Source of the DNA: Eledone cirrhosa
Lineage: Eukaryota
DNA length: 64,000 nucleotides
NCBI GenBank assembly: GCA_964016885.1
Contig: OZ024747.1
Span: forward strand, 61,132,001-61,196,000
Direction of reading: 5' to 3'
The position numbers and the translations under genes were made by a program. The notes under the pieces are model-generated. The model was not told the origin of the DNA. It saw only the letters and a program-made list of their open reading frames with translations, and did no database searches. Each line of letters starts with the position of its first letter. The first letter of the stretch is position 1. This document shows positions 35,801 to 53,550 of the stretch, one piece after another.

Positions 35801-38800
35801 ACATATATAGAGACACTGATATGGACATATACACATATATAGAGACACTGATATGGACATATACATATATATAGAGACACTAATATGAACATATACACAT
35901 ATATAGAGACACTGATATGAACATATACACATATATACAGACATTGATATGAACATATACACATATATAGAGACATTGATATGAACATATACACATATAT
36001 AGAGACACTGATATGGACATATACACATATATAGAGACACTGATATGGACATATACATATATATAGAGACACTAATATGAACATATACACATATATAGAG
36101 ACACTGATATATACATATACACATATATACAGACATTGATATGGACATATACACATATATAGAGACATTGATATGAACATATACACATATATAGAGACAC
36201 TGATATGGACATATACACATATATAGAGACACTGATATTAACATATACACATATATAGAGACATTGATATGGACATATACACATATATAGAGACATGGAT
36301 ATGGACTTCTACACATATATAGAGACATTGATATGGACATATACACATATATAGAGACATTGATATGGACATAAACACATATATAGAGTCATTGATATGA
36401 ACATAGACACATATACAGACACACTTATATGAACATATACACATATATATAGACATTGATATGGACATATACACCCATGCATGCGTGGAACAGGGACGTT
36501 AAACGATGATGATGATGATAATGATGACACATATATAGAGACATTAATATGAACATATATACATATATAGAGACATTGATATGAACATGTACACATACAT
36601 AGAAACACTGATATGAACATATACACATATATAGAGACACTGATATGGACATATACACATATATAGAGACACTAATATGAACATATACACATATATAGAG
36701 ACATTGATATGGACATATACACATATATAGAGACAATGATATGAACATATACACATATATAGAGACATTGATGTGGACATATACACATATATAGAGACAC
36801 TGATATGGACATATACACCCATGCAAGCGTGGAACAGGGACGTTAAACGATGATGATGATGATGATAATGATGACACATATATAGAGACATTAATATGAA
36901 CATATATACATATATAGAGACATTGATATGAACATATACACATACATAGAAACACTGATATGACATATACACATATATAGAGACATTGATATGGACATAT
37001 ACACATATATAGAGACATGGATATGGACTTATACACATATATAGAGACATTGATATGGACATATACACATATATAGAGACATTGATATGAACATATACAC
37101 ATATACAGAGACACTGATATGAACATATACACATATATACAGACATTGATATGGACATATACACATATATACAGACATTGATATGAACATATACACATAT
37201 ATAGAGACACTATGGACATATACACATACATAGAGACACTGATATGGACATATACACATATATAGAGACATTAATATGAACATATACACATATACAGAGA
37301 CACTAATATGAACATATACACATATACAGAGACACTAATATGAACATATACACATATATACAGACATTGATATGGACATATACACATATATAGAGACACT
37401 GATATGGACATATACACATATATAGAGACACTAATATGAACATATACACATATACAGAGACACTAATATGAACATATACACATATATACAGACATTGATA
37501 TGGACATATACACATATATAGAGACACTGATATGGACATATACACCCATGCAAGCGTGGAACAGGGACGTTAAACGATGATGATGATGATGATGACGATG
37601 ACACATATATAGAGACACTAATATAAACATATACACATATATAGAGACACTGATATGGACATATACATAAATATAGAGACACTAATATGAACATATACAC
37701 ATATATAGAAACACTGATATGAACATATACACATATATAGAGACATTGATATGAACATATACACATATATAGAGACACTAATATGAACATATACACATAT
37801 ATAGAGACATTGATATGAACATATACACATATATAGAGACACTAATATGAACATATACACATATATAGAGAGATTGATTGGGACATATACACATATATAG
37901 ACATTGATATGAACATATACACATATACAGAGACACTGATATGAACATATACACATATATACAGACATTGATATGGACATATACACATATATAGAGACAT
38001 TGATATGAACATATACACATATATAGAGACACTATGGACATATACACATACATAGAGACACTGATATGGACATATACACATATATAGAGACATTAATATG
38101 AACATATACACATATATAGAGACACTGATATGAACATATACACATATATACAGACATTGATATGGACATATACACATATATAGAGACATTGATATGAACA
38201 TATACACATATATAGAGACACTGATATGGACATATACACATATATAGAGACACTGATATGGACATATACATATATATAGAGACACTAATATGAACATATA
38301 CACATATATAGAGACACTGATATGAACATATACACATATATACAGACATTGATATGGACATATACACATATATAGAGACATTGATATGAACATATACACA
38401 TATATAGAGACACTGATATGGACATATACACATATATAGAGACACTGATATGGACATATACATATATATAGAGACACTAATATGAACATATACACATATA
38501 TAGAGACACTGATATATACATATACACATATATACAGACATTGATATGGACATATACACATATATAGAGACATTGATATGAACATATACACATATATAGA
38601 GACACTGATATGGACATATACACATATATAGAGACACTGATATTAACATATACACATATATAGAGACATTGATATGGACATATACACATATATAGAGACA
38701 TGGATATGGACTTCTACACATATATAGAGACATTGATATGGACATATACACATATATAGAGACATTGATATGGACATAAACACATATATAGAGTCATTGA

Positions 38801-40270
38801 TATGAACATAGACACATATACAGACACACTTATATGAACATATACACATATATATAGACATTGATATGGACATATACACCCATGCATGCGTGGAACAGGG
38901 ACGTTAAACGATGATGATGATGATAATGATGACACATATATAGAGACATTAATATGAACATATATACATATATAGAGACATTGATATGAACATGTACACA
39001 TACATAGAAACACTGATATGAACATATACACATATATAGAGACACTGATATGGACATATACACATATATAGAGACACTAATATGAACATATACACATATA
39101 TAGAGACATTGATATGGACATATACACATATATAGAGACAATGATATGAACATATACACATATATAGAGACATTGATGTGGACATATACACATATATAGA
39201 GACACTGATATGGACATATACACCCATGCAAGCGTGGAACAGGGACGTTAAACGATGATGATGATGATGATAATGATGACACATATATAGAGACATTAAT
39301 ATGAACATATATACATATATAGAGACATTGATATGAACATATACACATACATAGAAACACTGATATGACATATACACATATATAGAGACACTGATATGGA
39401 CATATACATATATATAGAGACAATAATATGAACATATACACATATATAGAGACACTAATATGAACATATACACATATATAGAGACATTGATATGGACATA
39501 TACACATATATAGAGACATTGATATGAACATATACACATATACAGAGACACTGATATGAACATATACACATATATACAGACATTGATATGGACATATACA
39601 CATATATACAGACATTGATATGAACATATACACATATATAGAGACACTATGGACATATACACATACATAGAGACACTGATATGGACATATACACATATAT
39701 AGAGACATTAATATGAACATATACACATATACAGAGACACTAATATGAACATATACACATATACAGAGACACTAATATGAACATATACACATATATACAG
39801 ACATTGATATGGACATATACACATATATAGAGACACTGATATGGACATATACACATATATAGAGACACTAATATGAACATATACACATATACAGAGACAC
39901 TAATATGAACATATACACATATATACAGACATTGATATGGACATATACACATATATAGAGACACTGATATGGACATATACACCCATGCAAGCGTGGAACA
40001 GGGACGTTAAACGATGATGATGATGATGATGACGATGACACATATATAGAGACACTAATATAAACATATACACATATATAGAGACACTGATATGGACATA
40101 TACATAAATATAGAGACACTAATATGAACATATACACATATATAGAAACACTGATATGAACATATACACATATATAGAGACATTGATATGAACATATACA
40201 CATATATAGAGACACTAATATGAACATATACACATATATAGAGACATTGATATGAACATATACACATATA
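33500..40270. repeat. About 2.4-kb higher-order unit, roughly three copies (approximate bounds)
   Basis: Offsets 2408 (34017/36425, 34895/37303), 2405 (35627/38032, 36425/38830) and 2437 (37303/39740). Confidence 0.85.
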
Positions 40271-41934
40271 CAGAGACACTGATATGAACATATACACATA
40301 TATAGAGACACTGATATGGACATATACACCCATGCAAGCGTGGAACAGGGACGTTAAACGATGATGATGATGATGACACATATATAGAGACATTAATATG
40401 AACATATACACATATATAGAGACATTGATGTGGACATATACACATATATAGAGGCATTGATATGAACATATTCACATATACAGAGACACTGATATGAACA
40501 TATACACATATACAGAGACACTGATATGAACATATACACATATATACAGACATCGATATGGACATATACACATATATAGAGACACTGATATAGACATTGA
40601 TATAGACATATACACCCATGCAAGCGTGGAACAGGGATGTTAAACGATGATGATGATGATGATGATGATGACGATGACACATATATAGAGACATTGATAT
40701 GAACATATACACATACATAGAAACACTGATATGACAAATACACATATATAGAGACACTGATATGAACATATACACATATATAGAAACACTGATATGAACA
40801 TATACACATATATAGAGACACTGATATGGACATATACACATATATAGAGACATTGATATGAACATATACACATATATACAGACATTGATATGGACATATA
40901 CACATATATAGAGACACTGATGTGGACATATACACATATATAGAGACATTGATATGAACATATACACATATACAGAGACACTGATATGAACATATACACA
41001 TATATACAGACATTGATATGAACATATACACATATATAGAGACACTATGGACATATACACATACATAGAGACACTGATATGGACATATACACATATATAG
41101 AGACATTAATATGAACACATACACATATATAGAGACACTGATATGGACATATACACATATATAGAGACACTAATATGAACATATACACATATATAGAGAC
41201 ATCGATATGGACATATACACATATATAGAGACATTGATATGAACATATACACATATACAGAGACACTGATATGAACATATACACATATATACAGACATTG
41301 ATATGGACATATACACATATATAGAGAGACTGATATGGACATATACACCCATGCAAGCGTGGAACAGGGACGTTAAACGATGATGATGATGACACATATA
41401 TAGAGACATTAATATGAACATATATACATATATAGAGACATTGATATGAACATATGCACATACATAGAAACACTGATATGATATATACACATATATAGAG
41501 ACACTGATATGGACATATACGTATATATAGAGACACTAATATGAACATATACACATATATAGAAACACTGATATGAACATATACACATATAGAGACATTG
41601 ATGTGGACATATACACATATATAGAGACACTAATATGAACATATACACATACATAGAGACACTGATATTAACATATACACATATATAGAGACACTAATAT
41701 GAACATATACACATATATAGAGACATTGATATGGACATATACACATATATAGAGGCATTGATATGAACATATACACATATACAGAGACACTGATATGAAC
41801 ATATACACATATACAGAGACACTGATATGAACATATACACATATATACAGACATCGATATGGACATATACACATATATAGAGACACTGATATGGACATAT
41901 ACACCCATGCAAGCGTGGAACAGGGACGTTAAAC

Positions 41935-41966
<32 letters not shown>

Positions 41967-44718
41967 CACATATATAGAGACACTAATATAAACATATACA
42001 CATATATAGAGACACTAATATGGACATATACACATATATAGAGACATTGATATGAACATATACACATATACAGAGACACTGATATGAACATATACACATA
42101 TATACAGACATTGATATGGACATATACACATATATAGAGACACTGATATGGACATATAGACCCATGCAAGCGTGGAACATGGACGTTAAACGATGATGAT
42201 GATGATGATGACACATATATAGACATTAATATGAACATATATACATATATAGAGACATTGATATGAACATATACACATACATAGAAACACTGATATGACA
42301 TATACACATATATAGAGACACTGATATGGACATATACATATATATAGAGACACTAATATGAACATATACACATATATAGAGACACTAATATGAACATATA
42401 CACATATATAGAGACACTGATATGGACATATACACATATATAGAGACATTGATATGAACATATACACATACACAGAGACACTGATATGAACATATACACA
42501 TATATACAGACATTGATATGGACATATACACATATATAGAGACACTGATATGGACATAGACACCCATGCAAGCGTGGAACAGGGACGTTAAACGATGATG
42601 ATGATGATGATTATGATGATGACACATATATAGAGACACTAATATGAACATATACACATATTTAGAGACACTATGGACATATACACATACATAGAGACAC
42701 TGATATGGACATATACACATATATACAGACATTAATATGAATATATACACATATATAGAGACATTGATATGAACATATACACATATACAGAGACACTGAT
42801 ATGAACATATACACAGATATACAGACATTGATATGGACATATACACATATATAGAGACATTGATATGAACATATACACATATTTAGAGACACTATGGACA
42901 TATACACATACATAGAGACACTGATATGGACATATACGCATATATAGAGACATTAATATGAATATATACACATATATAGAGACATTGATATGAACATATA
43001 CACATATACAGAGACACTGATATGAACATATACACATATATACAGACATTGATATGGACATATACACATATATAGAGACATTGATATGAACATATACACA
43101 TATTTAGAGACACTATGGACATATACACATACATAGAGACACTGATATGGACATATACACATATATAGAGACATTAATATGAATATATACACATATATAA
43201 AGACATTGATATGAACAGAGACACTGATATGAACATATACACAGATATACAGACATTGATATGGACATATACACATATATATAGACATTGATATGGACAT
43301 ATACACCCACGCTAGCGTGGAACAGGGACGTTAAACGACGATGATGATGATGATGATGACACATATATAGAGACACTAATATAAACATACACACATATAT
43401 AGACACTGATATGGACATATACACATATATAGAGACATTGATATGAACATATACACATATATAGAGACACTGATATGAACATATACACATATATACAGAC
43501 ATTGATATGGACATATACACATATATAGAGACACTGATATGGACATATACACCCATGCAAGCGTGGAACAGGGACGTTAAACGATGATGATGATGATGAT
43601 GACACATATATAGACATTAATATGAACATATATACATATATAGAGACATTGATATGAACATATACACATACATAGATACACATATATAGAGACACTGATA
43701 TGGACATATACATATATATAGACAGTAATATGAACATATACACATATATAGAGACATTGATATGAACATATACACATATATAGAGACACTAATATGAACA
43801 TATACACATATATAGAGACATTGATTGGGACATATACACATATATAGAGACATTAATATGAACATATACACATATACAGAGACACTGATATGAACATATA
43901 CACATATATACAGACATTGATATGGACATATACACATACATAGAGACATTGATATGAACATATACACATATATAGAGACACTATGGACATATACACATAT
44001 ATAGAGACACTGATATGGACATATACACATATATAGAGACACTGATATGGACATATACACATATATAGAGACATTAATATGAACATATACACATATATAG
44101 AGACACTGATATGGACATATACACATATATAGAGACACTGATATGGACATATACACATATATAGAGACACTGATATGAACATATATACATATATAGAGAC
44201 ACAAATATGAACATATACACATATATAGAGACATTGATATGGACATATACACATATATAGAGACATTGATATGAACATATACACATATACAGAGACACTG
44301 ATATGAACATATACACATATATACAGACATTGATATGGACATATACACATATATAGAGACACTGATATGGACATATACACCCATGCAAGCGTGGAACAGG
44401 GACGTTAAACGATGATGATGATGATGATGATGACACATATATAGACATTAATATGAACATATACACATATACAGAGACACTGATATGAACATATACACAT
44501 ATATAGACATTGATATGGACATATACACATATATAGAGACATTGATATGAACGTATACACATATACAGAGACACTGATATGAACATATACACATATACAG
44601 AGACACTGATATGAACATATACACATATATACAGACACCGATATGGACATATACACATATATAGAGACACTGATATGGACATATACACCCATGCAAGCGT
44701 GGAACAGGGACGTTAAAC

Positions 44719-44750
<32 letters not shown>

Positions 44751-45421
44751 CACATATATAGAGACACTAATATAAACATATACACATATATAGAGACACT
44801 AATATGGACATATACACATATATAGAGACATTGATATGAACATATACACATATACAGAGACACTGATATGAACATATACACATATATACAGACATTGATA
44901 TGGACATATACACATATATAGAGACACTGATATGGACATATAGACCCATGCAAGCGTGGAACATGGACGTTAAACGATGATGATGATGATAATGACACAT
45001 ATATAGACATTAATATGAACATATATACATATATAGAGACATTGATATGAACATATACACATACATAGAAACACTGATATGACATATACACATATATAGA
45101 GACACTGATATGGACATATACATATATATAGACACTAATATGAACATATACACATATATAGAAACACTGATATGAACATATACACATATATAGAGACATT
45201 GATATGAACATATACACATATATAGAGACACATATATAGAGACACTGATATGGACATATACACATATATAGAGACATTGATATGAACATATACACATACA
45301 CAGAGACACTGATATGAACATATACACATATATACAGACATTGATATGGACATATACACATATATAGAGACACTGATATGGACATAGACACCCATGCAAG
45401 CGTGGAACAGGGACGTTAAAC

Positions 45422-45453
<32 letters not shown>

Positions 45454-48400
45454 CACATATATAGAGACACTAATATGAACATATACACATATTTAGAGAC
45501 ACTATGGACATATACACATACATAGAGACACTGATATGGACATATACACATATATACAGACATTAATATGAATATATACACATATATAGAGACATTGATA
45601 TGAACATATACACATATACAGAGACACTGATATGAACATATACACAGGTATACAGACATTGATATGGACATATACACATATATAGAGACATTGATATGAA
45701 CATATACACATATTTAGAGACACTATGGACATATACACATACATAGAGACACTGATATGGACATATACACATATATAGAGACATTAATATGAATATATAC
45801 ACATATATAGAGACATTGATATGAACATATACACATATACAGAGACACTGATATGAACATATACACATATATACAGACATTGATATGGACATATACACAT
45901 ATATAGAGACATTGATATGAACATATACACATATTTAGAGACACTATGGACATATACACATACATAGAGACACTGATATGGACATATACACATATATAGA
46001 GACATTAATATGAATATATACACATATATAAAGACATTGATATGAACATATACACATATACAGAGACACTGATATGAACATATACACAGATATACAGACA
46101 TTGATATGGACATATACACATATATATAGACATTGATATGGACATATACACCCACGCTAGCATGGAACAGGGACGTTAAACGACGATGATGATGATGATG
46201 ATGACACATATATAGAGACACTAATATAAACATACACACATATATAGAGACACTGATATGGACATATACACATATATAGAGACATTGATATGAACATATA
46301 CACATATACAGAGACACTGATATGAACATATACACATATATACAGACATTGATATGGACATATACACATATATAGAGACACTGATATGGACATATACACC
46401 CATGCAAGCGTGGAACAGGGACGTTAAACGATGATGATGATGATGATGATGATTACACATATATAGAGACACTAATATGAACATATACACATATTTAGAG
46501 ACACTGTGGACATATACACATACATAGAGACACTGATATGGACATATACACATATATACAGACATTAATATGAATATATACACATATATAGAGACATTGA
46601 TATGAACATATACACATATACAGAGACACTGATATGAACATATACACATATATACAGACATTGATATGGACATATACACATATATAGAGACATTGATATG
46701 AATATATACACATATATAGAGACACTATGGACATATACACATACATAGAGACACTGATATGGACATATACACATATATAGAGACATTAATATGAATATAT
46801 ACACATATATAGAGACATTGATATGAACATATACACATATACAGAGACACTGATATGAACATATACACAGATATACAGACATTGATATGGACATATACAC
46901 ATATATAGAGACACTGATATGGACATATACACCCATGCAAGCGTGGAACAGGGACGTTAAACGATGATGATGATGATGATGATGACACATATATAGACAT
47001 TAATATGAACATATACACATATACAGAGACACTGATATGAACATATACACATATATAGACATTGATATGGACATATACACATATATAGAGACATTGATAT
47101 GGACATATACACATATTTAGAGACATTGATATGAACATATACACATATATAGAGACACTGATATGAACATATACACATATATAGACATTGATATGGACAT
47201 ATACACATATATAGAGACATTGGTATGGACATGTACACATATATAGAGACATTGATATGAACATATACACATACATAGAAACACTGATATGAACATATAC
47301 ACATATATAGAGACTGATATAGACATATACACATATATAGAGACATTGTTATGGACATATACACATATTTAGAGACATTGATATGAACATATACACATAT
47401 ATAGAGACACTGATATGGACATATACACCTATATAGAGACACTAATATGAACATATACACACATATAGAGACACTGATATGGACATATACACATATATAG
47501 AGACATTGATATGGACATATACACATATATAGAGACACTAATATGAACATATACACATATATAGAGACATTGATATGGACATATACACATATATAGAGAC
47601 ACTAATATGAACATATACACATATATAGAGACACTAATATGAACATATACACACATATAGAGACACAGATATGGACATATACACATATATAGAGACACTA
47701 ATATGAACATATATACATATATAGAGACATTGATATGGACATATACACATATATAGAGACATTGATATGAACATAAACACATATACAGAGACACTGATAT
47801 GAACATATACACATATATACAGACATTGATATGAACATATACACATATATAGAGACATTGATATGGACATATACACATATTTAGAGACATTGATATGAAC
47901 ATATACACATATATAGAGACACTGATATGGACATATACACATATATAGAGACACTAATATGAACATATACACATATATAGAGACACTGATATGGACATAT
48001 ACAGATATATAGAGACACTGATATGGACATATACACATATATATAGACATTGATATGGACATATACACATATATAGAGACATTGATATGAACATATACAC
48101 ATACATAGAAACACTGATATGAACATATACACATATATAGAGACACTGATATGGACATATACACATATATAGAGACACTGATATGGACATATACACATAT
48201 ATATAGACATTGATATGGACATATACACCCACGCTAGCGTGGAACAGGGACGTTAAACGATGATGATGATGATGATGACACATATATAGAGACATTAATA
48301 TGAACATATATACATATATAGAGACATTGATATGAACATATAAACATATATAGAAACGCTGATATGACATATACACATATATAGAGACACTGATATGGAC

Positions 48401-49999
48401 ATATACATATATATAGAGACACTAATATGAACATATACACATATATAGAAACACTGATATGAACATATATACATATATAGAGACATTGATATGGACATAT
48501 ACACATATATAGAAACACTGATATGAACATATATACATATATAGAGACATTGATATGAACATATACACATACATAGAAACACTGACATGAACATATACAC
48601 ATATATAGAGACACTGATATGGACATATACACATATATAGAGACATTGGTATGGACATATACACATATATAGAGACATTGATATGGACATATACACATAT
48701 TTAGAGACATTGATATGAACATATACACATATATAGAGACACTGATATGGACATATACACATATATAGAGACACTAATATGAACATATACACATATATAC
48801 AGACATTGATATGGACATATACACATATATAGAGACATTAATATGAACATATACACATATACAGAGACACTAATATGAACATATACACATATACAGAGAC
48901 ACTAATATGAACATATACACATATATACAGACATTGATATGGACATATACACATATATAGAGACACTGATATGGACATATACACATATATAGAGACACTA
49001 ATATGAACATATACACATATACAGAGACACTAATATGAACATATACACATATATACAGACATTGATATGGACATATACACATATATAGAGACACTGATAT
49101 GGACATATACACCCATGCAAGCGTGGAACAGGGACGTTAAACGATGATGATGATGATGATGACGATGACACATATATAGAGACATTGATATGAACATATA
49201 CACATACATAGAAACACTGATATGACATATACACATATATAGAGACACTGATATGGACATATACATAAATATAGAGACACTAATATGAACATATACACAT
49301 ATATAGAAACACTGATATGAACATATACACATATATAGAGACATTGATATGAACATATACACATATATAGAGACACTAATATGAACATATACACATATAT
49401 AGAGACATTGATATGAACATATACACATATACAGAGACACTGATATGAACATATACACATATATAGAGACACTGATATGGACATATACACATATATAGAG
49501 ACACTAATATGAACATATACACATATACTGAGACACTAAGATGAACATATACACATATATACAGACATTGATATGGACATATACACATATATAGAGACAC
49601 TGATATGGACATATACACCCATGCAGGCGTGGAACAGGGACGTTAAACGATGATGATGATGATGATGACGATGACATATATATAGAGACATTGATATGAA
49701 CATATACACATACATAGAAACACTGATATGACATATACACATATATAGAGACACTAATATGAACATATACACATATATAGAGACACTAATATGAACATAT
49801 ACACATATATAGAGACACTGATATGGACATATACACATAAATAGAGACATTGATATGAACATATACACATATACAGAGACACTGATATGAACATATACAC
49901 ATATATACAGACATTGATATGGACATATACACATATATAGAGACATTGATATGAACATAGACACATATACAGAGACACTAATATGAACATATACACATA

Positions 50000-52900
50000 T
50001 ACAGAGACACTAATATGAACATATACACATATATACAGACATTGATATGGACATATACACATATATAGAGACACTGATATGGACATATACACATATATAC
50101 AGACATTAATATGAATATATACACATATACAGAGACATTGATATGGACATATACACATATATAGAAACACTGATATGAACATATACACATATATAGAGAC
50201 ATTGATATAAACATATACACATATATAGAGACATTAATATGAACATATACACATATACAGAGACACTAATATGAACATATAAACATATACAGAGACACTA
50301 ATATGAACATATACACATATATACAGACATTGATATGGACATATACACATATATAGAGACACTGATATGGACATATACACATATATAGAGACATTAATAT
50401 GAACATATACACATATACAGAGACACTAATATGAACATATACACATATACAGAGACACTAATATGAACATATACACATATATACAGACATTGATATGGAC
50501 ATATACACATATATAGAGACACTGATATGGACATATACACATATATAGAGACACTAATATGAACATATACACATATACAGAGACACTAAAATGAACATAT
50601 ACACATATATACAGACATTGATATGGACATATACACATATATAGAGACACTGATATGGACATATACACCCATGCAAGCGTGGAACAGGGACGTTAAACGA
50701 TGATGATGATGATGATGATGACGATGACACATATATAGAGACATTGATATGAACATATACACATACATAGAAACACTGATATGACATATACACATATATA
50801 GAGACACTGATATGGACATATACATAAATATAGAGACACTAATATGAACATATACACATATATAGAAACACTGATATGAACATATACACATATATAGAGA
50901 CATTGATATGAACATATACACATATATAGAGACACTAATATGAACATATACACATATATAGAGACATTGATATGAACATATACACACATACAGAGACACT
51001 GATATGAACATATACACATATATAGAGACACTGATATGGACATATACACCCATGCAAGCGTGGAACAGGGACGTTAAACGATGATGATGATGATGATGAT
51101 GACACATATATAGAGACATTAATATGAACATATACACATATATAGAGGCATTGATATGAACATATTCACATATACAGAGACACTGATATGAACATATACA
51201 CATATATACAGACATCGATATGGACATATACACATATATAGAGACACTGATATAGACATTGATATGGACATATACACCCATGCAAGCGTGGAACAGGGAT
51301 GTTAAACGATGATGATGATGATGATGATGACACATATATAGAGACATTAATATGAACATACATACATATATAGAGACATTGATATGACATATACACATAT
51401 ATAGAGACACTGATATGGACATATACATATATATAGAGACATTGATATGAACATATACACATATACAAAGACACTGATATGAACATATACACATATATAC
51501 AGACATTGATATGGACATATACACATATATACAGACATTGATATGAACATATACACATATATAGAGACACTATGGACATATACACATACATAGAGACACT
51601 GATATGACATATACACATATATAGAGACACTGATATGGACATATACATAAATATAGAGACACTAATATGAACATATACACATATATAGAAACACTGATAT
51701 GAACATATACACATATATAGAGACATTGATATGAACATATACACATATATAGAGACACTAATATGAACATATACACATATATAGAGACATTGATATGAAC
51801 ATATACACATATACAGAGACACTGATATGAACATATACACATATATAGAGACACTGATATGGACATATACACATATATAGAGACACTAATATGAACATAT
51901 ACACATATACTGAGACACTAATATGAACATATACACATATATACAGACATTGATATGGACATATACACATATATAGAGACACTGATATGGACATATACAC
52001 CCATGCAAGCGTGGAACAGGGACGTTAAACGATGATGATGATGATGATGACGATGACATATATATAGAGACATTGATATGAACATATACACATATACAGA
52101 GACACTGATATGAACATATACACATATACAGAGACACTAATATGAACATATACACATATACAGAGACACTAATATGAACATATACACATATATACAGACA
52201 TTGATATGGACATATACACATATATAGAGACACTGATATGGACATATACACATATATACAGACATTAATATGAATATATACACATATACAGAGACATTGA
52301 TATGGACATATACACATATATAGAAACACTGATATGAACATATACACATATATAGAGACATTGATATAAACATATACACATATATAGAGACATTAATATG
52401 AACATATACACATATACAGAGACACTAATATGAACATATACACATATACAGAGACACTAATATGAACATATACACATATATACAGACATTGATATGGACA
52501 TATACACATATATAGAGACACTGATATGGACATATACACATATATAGAGACACTAATATGAACATATACACATATACAGAGACACTAAAATGAACATATA
52601 CACATATATACAGACATTGATATGGACATATACACATATATAGAGACACTGATATGGACATATACACCCATGCAAGCGTGGAACATGGACGTTAAACGAT
52701 GATGATGATGATGATGATGACGATGACACATATATAGAGACATTGATATGAACATATACACATACATAGAAACACTGATATGACATATACACATATATAG
52801 AGACACTGATATGGACATATACATAAATATAGAGACACTAATATGAACATATACACATATATAGAAACACTGATATGAACATATACACATATATAGAGAC

Positions 52901-53550
52901 ATTGATATGAACATATACACATATATAGAGACACTAATATGAACATATACACATATATAGAGACATTGATATGAACATATACACACATACAGAGACACTG
53001 ACATGAACATATACACATATATAGAGACACTGATATGGACATATACACCCATGCAAGCGTGGAACAGGGACGTTAAACGATGATGATGATGATGATGATG
53101 ACACATATATAGAGACATTAATATGAACATATACACATATATAGAGGCATTGATATGAACATATTCACATATACAGAGACACTGATATGAACATATACAC
53201 ATATATACAGACATCGATATGGACATATACACATATATAGAGACACTGATATAGACATTGATATGGACATATACACCCATGCAAGCGTGGAACAGGGATG
53301 TTAAACGATGATGATGATGATGATGATGACACATATATAGAGACATTAATATGAACATACATACATATATAGAGACATTGATATGACATATACACATATA
53401 TAGAGACACTGATATGGACATATACATATATATAGAGACATTGATATGAACATATACACATATACAAAGACACTGATATGAACATATACACATATATACA
53501 GACATTGATATGGACATATACACATATATACAGACATTGATATGGACATA
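50000..53550. repeat. 1999-bp higher-order duplication (approximate bounds)
   Basis: Offset 1999 for 50426/52425, 50586/52585, 51166/53165, 51347/53346. Confidence 0.85.
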
